A stretch of DNA of 64,000 nucleotides from the human T2T-CHM13v2.0 reference genome, Homo sapiens (GCF_009914755.1 NC_060925.1); one strand, 5' to 3'; shown: positions 39,487 through 63,906, counted from the stretch's first letter. Numbers and translations are program-made. Notes: generated from the sequence alone by a model not told the origin.

Positions 39487-40141
39487 GAAATAGCACCTGC
39501 CCCCACCCCCTGCCCGCCCTCCTTCCCGCCCCCGTCCTTTCCTAGACTTCACTCAAGTCCTCTGCTCAGAGGAAGCCCTGCTCTACTGAAAGCCACAAGG
39601 CCATTCTCGGTGGCCTGGGACAGCAGCCCAAGACGTGGGCTTCTAACTGCCTCCGAAGGGGCCACAGCAGCAAACATAAATAAAAATAGTAAAATGTTCT
39701 TAAATTATAAATTTAAAATTTGGAAAATTTAGTGAGCACAGCTTCTAGGGGGCATGTTTCCAAAATTCCAACCACAAAAGTGCAGTCTCAAAACTGACTG
39801 TAAACCGAACATACCATCTCATCTCAGACACAGCTATTGTTCACGAGTGTCAGTGGAACTTTCCTCCCTTGAGATGGACCAAAAACGTCAAGCAAGATGA
39901 CATTTGCTGATTTGCAGGCTTCAGGCAGATAAGATACGGGCAGAGTTGAGTGTGCGCCTTTACCCTTAAATTCAGGAATAGCAGGAACAGCAGGAAAAAC
40001 GTAGGACCACAGCGTACGTCCCACTTGTCTTTCATTTTGATATCATTATTTCCAGAGTCCTGATTGCTAGTCATGTCTAACACTGGATTTATTATCATCT
40101 CATTGCTAGCATGGCTAGGAAAGCTTTGAACATCCTTATCA

Positions 40142-44698
<4,557 letters not shown>

Positions 44699-45146
44699 CC
44701 AGTAAAATGTTTCAGATGTTGTTAAAGGTGATTTCACTGTTACTTTTCACCTCTCCTCATTTTACATCTCTGACCTATGCTTGTCCTCTGACTTGCCAGA
44801 CATTCCTAGCTATGGACTTGATGTCTCGACATGGAGGCTCACAGGCACCCCAAACTCAGCCTGCCCTAAGCTGAACCCATGATCTTTCCTTCCAAACTTG
44901 TTTCTCACCAGAGTTCCCATCTTATCATCCACCTAGTTGTTCAAGTCATCCTTAAGACCTCCCTCTCCTTCACTGTCTATTCTACCTCCCTAATATCTCT
45001 TAAATCCTTCCCTCCTCTCCCACCTCACAGCCACCATCCTAACCTAAGCAGCCACCCTTTCTCACCCTATAATGACCTCCTGGCTGTTCTCTATAGAGTT
45101 GGTGAATCCTTTCGTCTTCAGCCTGAACCCCCTTTCGAGGGATTCT

Positions 45147-45552
45147 TATATATATACATAGATATACACAAATATATATGTACATATGTACATATGTGTG
45201 TATATATGTACATATGTGTATGGATATACATATGTACATATGTGGATGTACATATGTACATGTGTATGGGTGTACATATGTACATGTGTATGGGTGTACA
45301 TATGTACATATGTGTATGGGTGTACATATGTACATATGTATATGGGTGTACATATGTACATGTGTGTATGGGTGTACATATGTACATGTGTGTATGGGTG
45401 TACATATGTACATGTGTGTATATATGTACATGTGTGTATGTACGCATGTACATATGTGCATGTATGTGCATGTGTATGTGTGTGTATGTACACGTGTGCA
45501 TATGTGTGTATATGTGTACACGTGTACGTGTGTATATATATATATATATATA
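45147..45552. repeat. Complex alternating purine-pyrimidine VNTR (units such as TATGGGTGTACATATGTACATGTG)
   Basis: Directly visible; source of six spurious low-complexity ORFs. Confidence 0.95.
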
Positions 45553-45922
<370 letters not shown>

Positions 45923-46920
45923 TGAGGCTTTAGCCACCCTGGAATTCCAAGTCCCCATGGTCATTTTTTTTTCCTGCTCAAGATATCACCATGTGCTGTC
46001 CCCTCTGCCCTTGTCTACACCCACGTGTCCTTCTCCCGCCCCGGCCACACTCATGGGGCACACTGTCCTTCCCTGGCTAATCCTCCCACACTCGATACCA
46101 CTTTCTCTGGGATATTGCACCCGATCCTCAGCCGCAGTTGTCTTCCTATGACCCACTCCCACAGCTCTCGCCACAATGGTAATTGTTTGATTCCTACTTG
46201 TTGTCCCTGTGAGACTGCAAACCCCAGAGGACAGGGGCCCTGGGTTCTCCTTCGCCTCTGGATCATCAGCACTAACTGAATACCTGGCCTAGAAGAGATG
46301 CTAACGATGCTGAATGAATAAATAAGTGGAAAGACTCTCAGTAAAGCAAAACCTTTCTTTACCATTTTATGGCCGTCAAGGAGGAAAACACATTATCAGT
46401 GGAAAACGCAAAATGAGGGGATTTGCTTAGCAAACGATGAATTCCTCTGGCACCCTGGCAGCCTTGGTTTCTTTTGATGAGGTCCACCCCCTTCCATCCA
46501 TCTTCTGGGCTTAAGAGATCAAAGCAAAACATGCTGTGGAATTCGATACTGGTGCAGGTTGCACAACATTGTGACTGAACTAAAAGCCACTGGATGGTAC
46601 AACTGAAAATGGTGAATTGCGTGTTGCATGAATTATAACCTAACTGGGGAAAAAAAGGCTTAAAAAGAGACAAAGCTTCCCCCACAATGGAAAGGAAGGT
46701 ATAATAGAAACAGCAGCTCTCAAACCTTGGCAGGATAATGAAACCCCGTTTCTATTTTTAAAAATTAGCTGGGTACAGTGGCACGTGCCTGTAGACCCAG
46801 CTACTCGGGAGGCTGAGGCTGGAAGATCGCTTGAGCCCAGGAGTTCAAGGCTGTGGTAAACTATAATCACACTACTGCACTCCAGCCTGGGTGACAGAGA
46901 AAGACCCTGTCTCAAAAAAG

Positions 46921-46995
46921 GAAGGAAAGAAGGAAGGAAGGAAGGAAGGAGGGAGGGAGGGAGGGAAGGAGGGAAGGAAGGAAGGAAGGAAGGAA
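46921..46995 (+). repeat. (GGAA)n/(GGGA)n microsatellite at an Alu tail
   Basis: Directly visible. Confidence 0.9.
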
Positions 46996-47844
46996 ATAGC
47001 AGCTCTGAGCTTAGAAATAGGAGTCTATTTCTAAGTGGGAGATGGGGAGAAGGAGGGAACTGGGGAGGTGAGGAAGAAGCAGGTATTGTCACCAGTGAGG
47101 ACTGTGCTGTTGTGAGCCCAGCTAGGCAACTGGCAATTCCATTCTGTTAGTGACAGCTACAATAACCCAAAGCCCTCTGGAGCCCTGCTTTCCTCTGCTC
47201 TCTTCGTGGCTTGACTAGGAGCTGAAGATCCTGTACCTCTTAGAGCATCTGGGGCGCTGGGCCCTGCAGCAAATCCCATCCTCCACCCACCCCGCCTCCC
47301 TCCACCCTCCACCCACCCCACCTCCACCCTCCTCCACCTGCTGCCTCGAGGCCCCTCCCACTCCCGGGGTAGACAAAACAGTTTAGAGGCTGAAGTCACC
47401 GGGGCTGTAACTGTTGGATTTGCACATGTCATAGAAAATCATCATATGTTTTGTGTGGACTCCATGCATAACAACAAGAGAACCAACCAGACCCCATAGA
47501 CAGAAGGGAGTGTGAATTGGAGACAAAATTTAAATTATGAGTTGCCTTCTATTCAGATTTCTCCCATTTTTAACAAAAAGGAGCCCAAATTCCTAAATGT
47601 TATGGTTGTTTGCAGCAACTTATCATCTTTCTCCTTTCCTTCATAGCCAAGGTTTTTGAAAGAGCTATCTGAGGCCGGGAATGGTGACTCACGCCTGTAA
47701 TCCTAGCACAGAGGCTGAGGTGAGTGGATCACCTGAGGTCAGGAGTTCAAGACCACCCTGGCCAACATGGCGAAATCCCGTCTCTACTAAAAATACAAAA
47801 ATTAGCCGGGCATGGTGGCGTGTGCCTGTAATCCCAGCTACTCA

Positions 47845-48045
<201 letters not shown>

Positions 48046-48680
48046 CTAGCAGATCTGGTGAATTACCTTCTAATGCCCGTACCCTGCCCATACCAGCTTC
48101 AATCTGTATGTAGAAGCTTAGCTTGCTCCATGCATGGCCTCCAGCATCCACTGGTCACAAAATAACACAAAATAGCATGAGAGAGAATGGTCGCATGGAG
48201 CGGAGGAGCTGCTGAGACTGAACCCAAGCCAGGGCTACTGCTGGGTGGAACTGGACATGCCCAGCCCATGGGAAAGTCTTCCCACAGAAGTCATATTTGC
48301 AGGGGTCTCCCAGGAGACAGCACATTCTGAGCAAAGGAGTGAGGCAGAGATAACTATTCAGGAACCAAGAGACTCGCTGGAAAGAAGCAGAGATTTTCAG
48401 CCCAGCGTAGTGGATGTTTCTTGAATCTTCCCCTGTGGATGCCCCAAACCTTGAGATCCTTCCAACAAATAGCACACTACTAACAAACTGTGACTCAAAG
48501 AGAGGGAAACATGGTCCCCTGCTCTGTCACAAATCACTGTGAAGCTTTGGCACCCTGACTGCTCAGGTGGCCACCAACACAGAAGGACCACGAATGGCTG
48601 AGTCAGGAAGTCACAGCCGTGTGGCTGGAAGAGGCTCTGCCTTGCTCTGGGAGAAATGCCTATCCCCAAGGAAGCCTTAG

Positions 48681-49079
<399 letters not shown>

Positions 49080-49411
49080 TGATCCTCCCGATGTGCTGGG
49101 ATTACAGGTGTGAGCCACCACGCCCGGCCTCTTTCTGCTTCATTTAACATTAATGGTCATCCCACAGCATGGTGCTGTGCACCTATAGTCCCAGCTACTC
49201 AGGTGGCTGAGGTGGGAGAATCACTTGCGTTCCAGCTGTAGTGAGCCTTGATTGTGTCTGTGAATAAATGCCACTTCTCTCCAGCTTGAGCAACATAGGG
49301 AGACTGTCTCTTAAAAAACAAAACAAAACAGGCTGGGCTCGGTGGCCCACGCCTACAATCCCAGCACTTTGGGAGGCCAAGGCAAGAGGATTGCTTGAGC
49401 CCAGGAGGTCA

Positions 49412-49642
<231 letters not shown>

Positions 49643-50740
49643 TCATCTCTCCCTTGGCTCCTGAGACTACAATCCCTCACGGTTCTTTTCTACTTCTCTG
49701 TTTTTCTCTTCTTGTCTCCCTTTTTTTCTGGTCTCTCTGTCACCCAGGCTGGAGTGCAGTGGTGTGATCATAGCTCACTGCAACCTTGACCTCCTGGGTT
49801 CAAGAGATCCTCCACCTCAGCCTCTGGAGTAGCTAGGACTACAGGCTCACACCACCATGCCTAGCTAATATTTGTAGATTTTGTAGAGATGGGGTCTTGC
49901 TATGCTGTCCAGGCTGGTCTCAAGCTCCTGGCCTCAAGTGATCCACCCACCTCAGCCACCCAAAGTTCTGGGATTACAGGTGTGAGCCACCTCACCTGAC
50001 TTCTTCTTGTCTCCTTTTTGGCCCCTCTTTCTCATTTTTCTTCTTAAAGGTTGGTGGCCCTCAACATTGCATTTTTCCTTCCCCTCCCTTCTCATATTTC
50101 ATCTCTGTGGCTTAAATTACCACCTAGATGCTGTCCATAAGTGTTTGTTTTTTTTTTAGAGATGAGGTCTTGCTATATTTTTCAGGCTGGTCTCAAATTC
50201 CTGGGCTTAAGCCATCCTCCTGCTTCGGCCTCCTAAAGTGCTGGGATTACAGGTGTGAGCCACACTGCACCCAACCAAAAGCAATTTTATTTCCTACCTC
50301 TGACAGCCTCTTATGCTGCTCTTAAGAGGTCCCAGATGCTTCAACCACAGTACATCTCAAATGGCAGGACTCATTTTCTCCCCAATATCTCGCTCCCACT
50401 AAATTACTATCTCAGTGAAGAGTGCCCACTGACTCCGGTAAGAAACTGGGAATTTCATGTTCGAATTGCCCTCCTCTCCCTGACCACATCCCACTGACCA
50501 CCCGTCTTGTGGATCCCCTCTCAGCCCCTTCCACCCCGACCAGTCCACGGCCCCATCTTGTCTCAGCTGCACTATGGCCATAATCGTTACTGGTCTCCAG
50601 ACCTAGCTTCCCACCGCACTGTATCCCCCATCACAGGTCATCTTTCATACATCTGCTAAGAGTGATCCGAAATCAAAGTGAAATCAAGTTATGACCCCAC
50701 TTAACTTCCTTGATACGTCCCAGTAAATTACACTTTGTGA

Positions 50741-51034
<294 letters not shown>

Positions 51035-52279
51035 TGACCTCATGTTATCTACCCACCTCAGCCTCCCAAAGTGCTGGGATTACAGGGGTGAGCCACCGCG
51101 CCCAGCCGATAATTGTTGAAAAATCATTTTCAGTTAAGGTATCCAGTCAAGGTCAGAAAATGAGAAAATGTTAAAAAAAAAAAAAGCTATAAGTAAAACA
51201 GATTCAGTCGGGACATGATGGTTCACGCCTGCAATCCCAGCACTTTGGGAGGTTGAGGTAGGATAGTCACTTGAGCCCAGGAGTTCGAGACCAGCCTGGG
51301 CAACATAGCGAGACCTTATCCATACAAAAAAATTTAAAAAATACCCAGGCATGGTGGCATACTCCTGCATTCCCTGCTACTTGGATGGCTGAAGCGGGAG
51401 GATCCCTTGAACTCAGGAGTCAGAGGCTGCAGCGAAATATGATTGTGCCACTGTACTCCAGCCTGGTTGACAGAGCAAGACTGTTCCCCCACACCCCTGA
51501 AAAAAAAAAAAACCTAAATCCAAATTTTAAAAGTTTCCTTGACTCTTCAACTTGCTCACCCTCCACCAAATAAAATAACTACGAAGGAGGCTTATTTTTT
51601 ACTATTTCCAGGGATACGATATATGTTTGTCCTGAAAATATACATCATGGCTTTACTCAAGCCACAGTGATGAGGCCTCATTGTCACTGTAGCCTAATTA
51701 CGATTTTATAACTCCATTTAAAATTCAATTTAAACACAGTTTAAAAATTCAGTCCAAGTCAAACATGCTCTCAGTAGCTAGAAGCAAAACTCTGTTCAGG
51801 TCCTTGATGGATCTATTTGTACTTTCTTTCATGAAAACAGAAAGTCCTTTTTTACACACCATGCAACAGGAAAATTCATAACGGACATTGTTTTACCTGT
51901 TCTTGGCAAAGACAAGTGAGCTCTTAACAAGCAAGGTAACTATGGAGATGATGTTTTGCTCCAAGTTAACACTTACATATTTAATTAGAAAGATTTCAAA
52001 GGTGGGCAGATTCACTGGAAAGTTTCCAAAAGCTTCACTTGTTCAACAAATAATGTTAGAGAGGGAGCACCGTGCCCTCGGGCCCCTAGGAATTAGTTCC
52101 ACATGGTCCGGTCCTCTGTCCAGTGTGCCCAGCATCCACTTGGGAGAACAGCACGGCCTTCTGTCCAGGGCAGCCCACGCCAGCACTGCCTGCCCTTTCA
52201 GGCCCATGGCTCCCATTAAGTGCCATTTCAAGCATACTTAGCCAAGTTTCCCTACCATGGCCAACAAAGAGGTTGTTCA

Positions 52280-52650
<371 letters not shown>

Positions 52651-52847
52651 TTATAAAATTATGAAGGCCTGGTCTGGTGCAGTGGCTCACGCTTGTAATC
52701 CCAGCACTTTGGGCAGCCAAGGCAGGTGGATCGCTTGAGGCTGGGAGTTTGAGACTAGCCTGGCCAACAAGGCAAAACCCTGACTCTACTAAAAAATACA
52801 AAAATTAACTGGGCGTGGTGGTGCACACCTGTAATCCCAGCTACTCA

Positions 52848-52946
<99 letters not shown>

Positions 52947-53718
52947 CTATCTTCAAAAAATAGATAAATAAATAAAAATTAAAACAAAATAAAATTATGA
53001 AGGCCTTAGGTCAGAGAATTACCGAGGGAATATTCAAAGTTATACCTCCAAGTATCTACAATGAAGATACTTTCATCAGAAAAAAGGAGTTTACGGCCAG
53101 GCCCTGTGGTTCATGCCTATAATCTCAGCACTTTGGGAAGCCAAGGCTGAGGCAGGAGGATCACTTGAGGCCAGGAGTTCGAGACCAGCCTGAGCAAAAA
53201 CGTGAGATCCCATTTCTACCAAAAATAAAAATATAAGGTAGGCATGCAACTGTAGTCCCAGCTACTCGAGAGGCTGAGGCAAGAGGATCGCTTAAACCCA
53301 GGACTCCAGCCTGAGCAACAGAGCGAGACCCTGTTTATAAAAAAAAAAGAAAAAAAAAAGAAGAAGAAGAAGGAGAAGAAAGGAAATAAAATTTAAGAAA
53401 AAAAAAAGGACTTAATAAGGTTGAATGAAGGCAAGAATATTCTTAGCTCTGTTTAAGTCAAGACCTGAGTAGTAGCTCTACGTAGCTGTATGTCGATAAT
53501 GTTTTTGAGACAGCACTACTGATAAATTGTTACATAATAAACTGTTATGGCTGGATGCAGTGGCTCATGCCCATAATCCCAGCACCTTGGGAGGCCGAAG
53601 TGAGTGGATCACCTGAGGTCAGGAGTTCGAGACTAGCCTGATCAATATGGTGAAATCCCATTTCTACTAAAAAAATAAAAATTAGCTGGGCATGGTGGCG
53701 CACCTGTAATCCCAGCTA

Positions 53719-53826
<108 letters not shown>

Positions 53827-53840
53827 TCAAATAAATAAAC

Positions 53841-54557
<717 letters not shown>

Positions 54558-55439
54558 CTACTCATGTGAAGTTGTATTTTTTTATTCTCCATATTACAAA
54601 ACAGAACAATTGGCACAGGGATGAAGAAATACTTTGCAAAACATCTAGAGAGGTTAAATGCCATGAGTCTTTAAAATGTAAGACTGCTTTCACCTGAGCA
54701 ATCTAGTGTCCATTTCTAGAGCTAGCTTAAATGTCCGTGTAAATCCCCGTAATTGGTTGGGATAACAATTACCTATGTTGTATAACTTGAGTCAAAAACT
54801 ACGTTTCCACTGCCTGCCACCCCTATGGATGGTTTTCTCTTAAGGTATCAAATTTTACTGGGAAAGACCTAGATAAAATACAGCGAAAATGAGGCGGGGC
54901 GTCCTGGCACATGCCTGTAATCCCAGCGCTTTGGGAGGCTGAGTCAGAAAGATCTTTGAATTCAGGAGTTCAAGACCAGCCTGGGCAATATAGTGAAATC
55001 CTGTCTTTACAAAAAATTAAAAATTAGCCAGGCATGGGGGCATGGGCCTGTAGTCCCAGCTACTTGGGTTGGGTGACTGATGTGGGAGGATCACTTGAGC
55101 CCAGGAGGTTGAGGCTGCAGTGAGCTCTGACCATGCCCCTGCACTCCAGCCTGGGTGACAGAGCAAGACCCAGTCTCAAAAAGAAAAGAAAAAGAGTAAT
55201 GTTAGGTCAAGGTAGAACCTACCTTGACTTTCTGTTACTATGGAAGATATTCTGGGGTATCTCTGAGATCCAAGTATTATGGCACTTAAGTAATTCCTAT
55301 CTATTGTTCTACTTGGTTCCTCGGGAGTAAAAGTCATATTCAAACCAAAAAGGCTGTGGGATTTCCAGAATTTTAAAAGCAATAATAGTTAATGTTCTCC
55401 CATGGGAGTTACTCCACATTTTTACATATGTTCCATATG

Positions 55440-55592
55440 TTAACTCATTTAGACCTTACCTTTATGAGGTAAGTCCTCTTCTTATCCCCACTTTAGAGGT
55501 GGGAAAACTGAGGCACAGAAAGAGTAAGTTGCTTGCCTAAGGCCCTGTTACTAGCAGGTGGTGAAACCAGCATTCCAACCCGGGAGTCTGGC
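55440..55592 (-). mobile_element. MIR
   Basis: tatccccactttagaggtgggaaaactgaggcacagaaagagtaagttgcttgcctaagg. Confidence 0.7.
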
Positions 55593-55717
55593 AAATGTGT
55601 GTGAAGAGCACACGTTTGGAAATGACAGTCATGAGGACACTGTAAGACTTCTGGAATGTTTATAATTTCACCTTTGCTTGTTATTTTTCCTGTCTGTTTC
55701 CCTAGAGTGAGCTGAGT

Positions 55718-55980
55718 GAAAAAAGAAAGAAGAAAGAAAGAAGAAAGAGAAAGAGAAAGAAAGGAGAGAAAAAGAAAAAAGAAAAGAAAAACAGAAAAAG
55801 GGAAAGAAAGAAGAAATGAAAGAAAGAAAAGAAAAGAAGAAAGAAAAGAAAGAAGAAAAGAAAGAGAGAAAGGAAGGAAGGAAGGTGGGAGGGGAGGAAA
55901 GGAAGAAGAAAGAAAGAAGGGGGACAGAGGGAGGGAATGAAGGAGGGAGAGAGGGAGGGAAGGAGGAAGAAATAAAAAGA
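55718..55980 (+). repeat. GA-rich polypurine low-complexity tract
   Basis: Almost only A/G for about 260 bp. Confidence 0.95.
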
Positions 55981-56761
55981 TGAGGATCTGTATGCTTGAG
56001 GGGTGGAGGTGGGGGGCTTGGGTGGGAGTGTGGGATGGGCAGAAAGCTGGAGGGAGCCCTGGACCGACTGCATTCCACAGAGGATTGTGGGTGCAACGTA
56101 GGTGGCAGATTGAGAAAAGCAAACAAACAAGCTCAGCCTTTGGAGCTTCGGGGAAGAAAAAAAGCTGAGCAGTGAATGCTGGCTTCCCACGGAGAAGGCA
56201 GGCTGCTTCGCCAGCTCACATCCTTCCGCGCACCCACTTCCTCTTTCCGGAGGTCACTTTAGATTGCTTTATGGCAGGATCTCCAGGTCACAGGAATGTT
56301 ATGTTTCGACTGGGGTTTCCCCCTCCCCTGGGATGCCTGGGCCAGCTCCCCAAGGGCTAGTCTCTGTCCCAGGCCCCACACTCCCATAGCACTCAGCAAA
56401 AGCCTAGAGAGAGCACCGCAAAATGCCAAACGCAACAGGACCGCGTAGGAAGAAGACGGTTGGAATGACAGGGACACTAGAACTGCTCATGGTCGTGGTC
56501 TCAAATTTTTGTTCCATGGTCTGAAATACTAAAAGTTCTTAAACAGCTACTTGATTTCATACTATTGTTTTGAAGAAAACAGTGTTTGTTTGTTGTTTTG
56601 TTTGTTTGTTTGTTTGTTTGAGACAGAGTTTTGCTCTTGTTGCCGAGTTTGGTCCATGTTGGTCAGGCTGGTCTCGAACTCCTGACATCAGGTAATCCAC
56701 CCACCTCTGCCTCCCAAAGTGCTGGGATTACAGGAAAACAGTTGTTTCTTTAAAACAATTA

Positions 56762-56899
<138 letters not shown>

Positions 56900-56942
56900 T
56901 TAGCCGGGCGTGGTGGTGCATTCCTGTAATACCAGGTACTCA

Positions 56943-57047
<105 letters not shown>

Positions 57048-57381
57048 TCACAATCTCAAAAAAATAAAATAAAATAAAATAAAATAAATGGTTATATAAG
57101 CTACCTTATTGATGCAGTTACAAATGAGCCGCTGAAACATATAAATTTTAAAGAACAAGCCACATATCTTTCATCACCCACAGCTTCACCAACTAAAGGT
57201 GTATGTAGTACTTTTGTGGAAGGCATTTCCACATGCTTTGAGGGACCTTGAAATACTGCTATGATTACATGATTTTTCTAAAACCAGACTACTCCTACAT
57301 TACAAGAATTGAAAAGTTCAGAGTAAATATTTGTAAGACCTAGAAAAGATGATGTTCTTTAAAAAAAACCATGCCCATCTT

Positions 57382-58410
57382 TGTAGCGAAAAGAAAGAGA
57401 GATCAGACTGTTACTGTGTCTATGTAGAAACAGAAGACATAAGAGACTCCATTTTGAAAAAGACCTGTACTTTAAACAATTGCTTTGCTGAGATGTTGTT
57501 AATTTGTAGCTTTGCCCCAGCCACTTTGACCCAACTACTTTGACCCAACCTGGAGCTCACAAAAATATATGTTGTATGAAATCAAGGTTTAAGGGATCTA
57601 GGGCTGTGCAGGACGTGCCTTGTTAACAAAATGTTTGCAAGCAGTATGCTTGGTAAAAGTCATCGCCATTCTCTAGTCTCAATAAACCAGGGGCACAAGG
57701 CACTGTGGAAAGCCGCAGGGACCTCTGCCCTGGAAAGCGGGGTGTTGTCCAAGGTTTCTCCCCATGTGGTAGTCTGAAATATGGCCTCGTGGGATGAGAA
57801 AGACCTGACCATCCCCCAGCCCAACACCTGTAAAGGGTCTGTGCCGAGGTGGATTAGTACAAGAGGAAAGCCTCTTGCAGTTGAGATAGAGGAAGGCCAC
57901 TGTCTCCTGCCTGCCCCTGGGAACTGAATGTCTTGGTATAAAACCCGATTGTACATTTGTTCAATTCTGAGATAGGAGAAAAACCGCCCTATGGCGGGAG
58001 GCGAGACATGTTTGCAGCAATGCTGCCTTGTTATTCTTTACTCCACCGAGATGTTTGGGTGGAGAGAAACATAAATCTGGCTTACATGCACGTCCAGTCA
58101 TAGTACCTTCCCTTGAACTTCATTATGACGTAGATTCTATTGCTCACATGTTCGTTGCTGACCTTCTCCTTATTATCACCGTGCTCTCCTACTACATTCC
58201 TTTTTGCTGAAATAACGAAGATAATAATCAATAAAAACTGAGGGAACTCAGAGATGGTGCCGGTGCAGGTCCTTGGTATGCTGAGCGCCGGTTCCCTGGG
58301 CCCACTGTTGTTTCTCTATACTTTGTCTCTGTGTTTTATTTATTTTCTCAGTCTCTCGTCCCACCTGACTAGAAATATCCACAGGTGTGGAGGGGCAGGC
58401 CACCCCTTCA
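57382..58410 (+). mobile_element. Solo HERV-K(HML-2) LTR5-family LTR (LTR5A/B-like, 1029 bp)
   Basis: Starts TGTAGCGAAAAGAAAGAGAGATCAGACTGTTACTGTGTCTATGTAGAAA and ends GGGGCAGGCCACCCCTTCA. Perfect 6-bp TSD CATCTT at 57376-57381 and 58411-58416. TATAAAA at 57937 and AATAAA at 58230. Confidence 0.9.
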
Positions 58411-58508
58411 CATCTTGTCTCCACTTCCTTGATTAAAAAAAAGAAAAGAAAAAAAAATTTGCCGAAGTTGGATTCATTCACAGAATTCTACACATTAAAA
58501 ATGTTGCA

Positions 58509-61282
<2,774 letters not shown>

Positions 61283-61604
61283 AGTCTTGTAACTTAACTT
61301 TAAAGCTACTTATTCCCAAGTGAAGATGGGATGGTACACAGATTTTAAGTATTAGCTGGTTTGGAGCTTCTGTCTTTTAAAGCAACATTTTACTTTGCCA
61401 CAGGGTGGTGGGGCGGGGGCCATCCTAGAAAGAAGAGTGTGAGTTTCATGGGATAGGGTCTGGGGAGGTGGCTGGAGGAGTTTAGGTTCTTTTGATATCT
61501 GTGGCTACACAGACAGATAACCAAGGAAAATGTCCAAACAGTGAAATTAAGTGCTCACTGCACTAACACAGAGAAGGACCCTGATGCCTGGCCGCAGGCC
61601 TTTG

Positions 61605-62190
61605 TTCTCATTGGCTTCAAAGAACTTCTTGATGTCTACCTTAATTTCATTATTATTTACCCAGGAGTCATTCAGGAGCAGGTTGTTCAATTGCCATGTA
61701 GTTATGTGGTTTTGAGTGAGTTTCTTAATACTGAGTTCTAATTTGATTGTGCTGTGGTCTGAGAGACTGTTTCGATTTCAGTTCTTTTGCATTTGCTGAG
61801 GAATGTTTCATTTCCAATTATGTGGTCGATTTTAGAGTAAGTGCCACGTGACGCTGAGAAGAATACATATTCTGTTGATTTCGGGGGGGAGAGTTCTGTA
61901 GATATCTATTAGGTCCACTTGATCCAGAGCTGAGCTCAAGTCTTGAATATCCTTATTCATTTTCTGTCTCGTTAATCTGTCTAATATTGACAGTGGGGTA
62001 TTCAAGTCTCCCACTATTATTGTGTGGAAGTTTAAGTCTCTGTGTAGGTCTCTAAAAACTTGTTTTATGAATCTGGGTGCTCCTGTATTGGGTGCATATG
62101 TATTTAGGAGAGTTAGCTCTTCTTGTTGAATTGCTCCCTTTACCATTATGTAATGCCCATCTTTGTCTTTTTTGATCTTTGTTGGGATAA
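61605..62190 (-). mobile_element. LINE-1 fragment covering the ORF2 endonuclease region
   Basis: ORF 61832..62227(-) contains KDKDGHYIMVKG, YAPNTGAPRFIKQV, TIIVGDLNTPLS and DLIDIYRTL, which are L1 ORF2p EN motifs. Frameshifted. Confidence 0.9.
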
Positions 62191-62635
62191 AATTACATTT
62201 TATGTCCCCCTTCCTATAGTTTGTCACTGAGGGTTGGCAGAAGTTGAAAGGAAGAAGACATTTGGGTGTTTGGTTTGGGGTTATATTAGGTTATAAGGTT
62301 CATTGCCTCCACCTCTTTCAAAACATTTAGTTTCTAAATGAATCCAGCTTTAAATGACTGCAGGAGTGCCCATGCACAATTTTGTTTCTCAAATCTTTGG
62401 GATTTTTCCTTGAAGAATATTCACAGGGAATGGGGCTGTCTTGCTTCATAGTTACTCTTTTGTATACATGATCTCAAGAATCGCCTGATCACTGCTAGAG
62501 TTAAACCAATACACTAACTGCCTGAAGTGCTGAAAAGTCAAATGGGGGCTTAGAACCTCACTCCAGATCCTACACAAGCTGATGGTTCTGTTCCCAGAAA
62601 CAACCCAGCTTCCTCATCATCTATGGCCAGTGCCT

Positions 62636-63182
62636 TGTAGCGGAGCTGGAGATCACCCTTTAGTGGGCTCTTCAGCTGGATCTAGAAATCAAATTGACAC
62701 CAGGCAGATTAACAAGAGAAAAGTATACAGATTTTATTGCTTTTATATGTACTTGGGAATCTGCACAAGGGCAAAGTCCGAAGAGGTGGCCAAAGCAAGG
62801 TGCTTTTATACATTTTTAGAAAAAGAGCCAAAAAATTGGAGAAGAAATGATAGGACAAAGAAAATCTAGCCAGGCAGTAAATTTTCTAGGAGAATCACTA
62901 GGACATATATGAGGAAGGGTGTGTAAAACAGGTGAAAGATAAGGGCTAGTTCATTAAACATGTTTACTCTGGTCCATTGTAGCCTCTACGATAAGGAGTA
63001 TTTTCTCGCTCTGGTGTGGACAGGGCACGCCTCCCAGAGCAACCTTTATCACTTACTGCATGCAGGAAGAGACAGGTCAGCCCGCCCTTCCTGAAACTAC
63101 AATTTCTTCAGTGTTTTCAACTCAAAATAATCAATACCCCCCATCTGGCATATTTGGGGATGGCGCGTCCTTTACTCCTTCA
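62636..63182 (-). mobile_element. ERV1-class (MER4-group-like) LTR, subfamily unresolved
   Basis: TG...CA termini, minus-strand AATAAA (ttttattg at about 62733) and the typical end ggcatatttggggatggc...tttactccttca. Confidence 0.5.
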
Positions 63183-63576
63183 GGCTCTTCTCCCTGAAGG
63201 TCCTTTGCATAGTTGGGAATCTCCACCAGGAGGGGTAGCTCTTTGGTCTAAACCCATGGTGGCAGAGTTTCGACAATATTCCCAACTTAAATGTTTCTGA
63301 TTCTGAGTGGTGGTTAGATCCCTTTGTACACCCCTGTCCCCAGTGCCTACAGAATGGGCATGTTAATAAGTGTTGGCTGAACATTCAATGATGGATAAGG
63401 AAGAATAGGAGGCAAGAGAGACGGTGGTCTCCAGTGCCAAGCCCCAGTGCTAACTGGGGTGATTTTTTTTCATGACTCATTTTCCTAAAATCACCCTCAA
63501 GGGTCCTACAAAACTCTTCCCAACAGCTAAATCACAGACTAATCTGGCCCATCGACGTCTTCCCTGATTATACTAA

Positions 63577-63906
<330 letters not shown>

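Noticed and set aside
55493-56190. Phe/Leu/Ser-rich and Lys/Arg/Glu-rich ORFs
   Set aside because: Translations of the GA-rich simple repeat.
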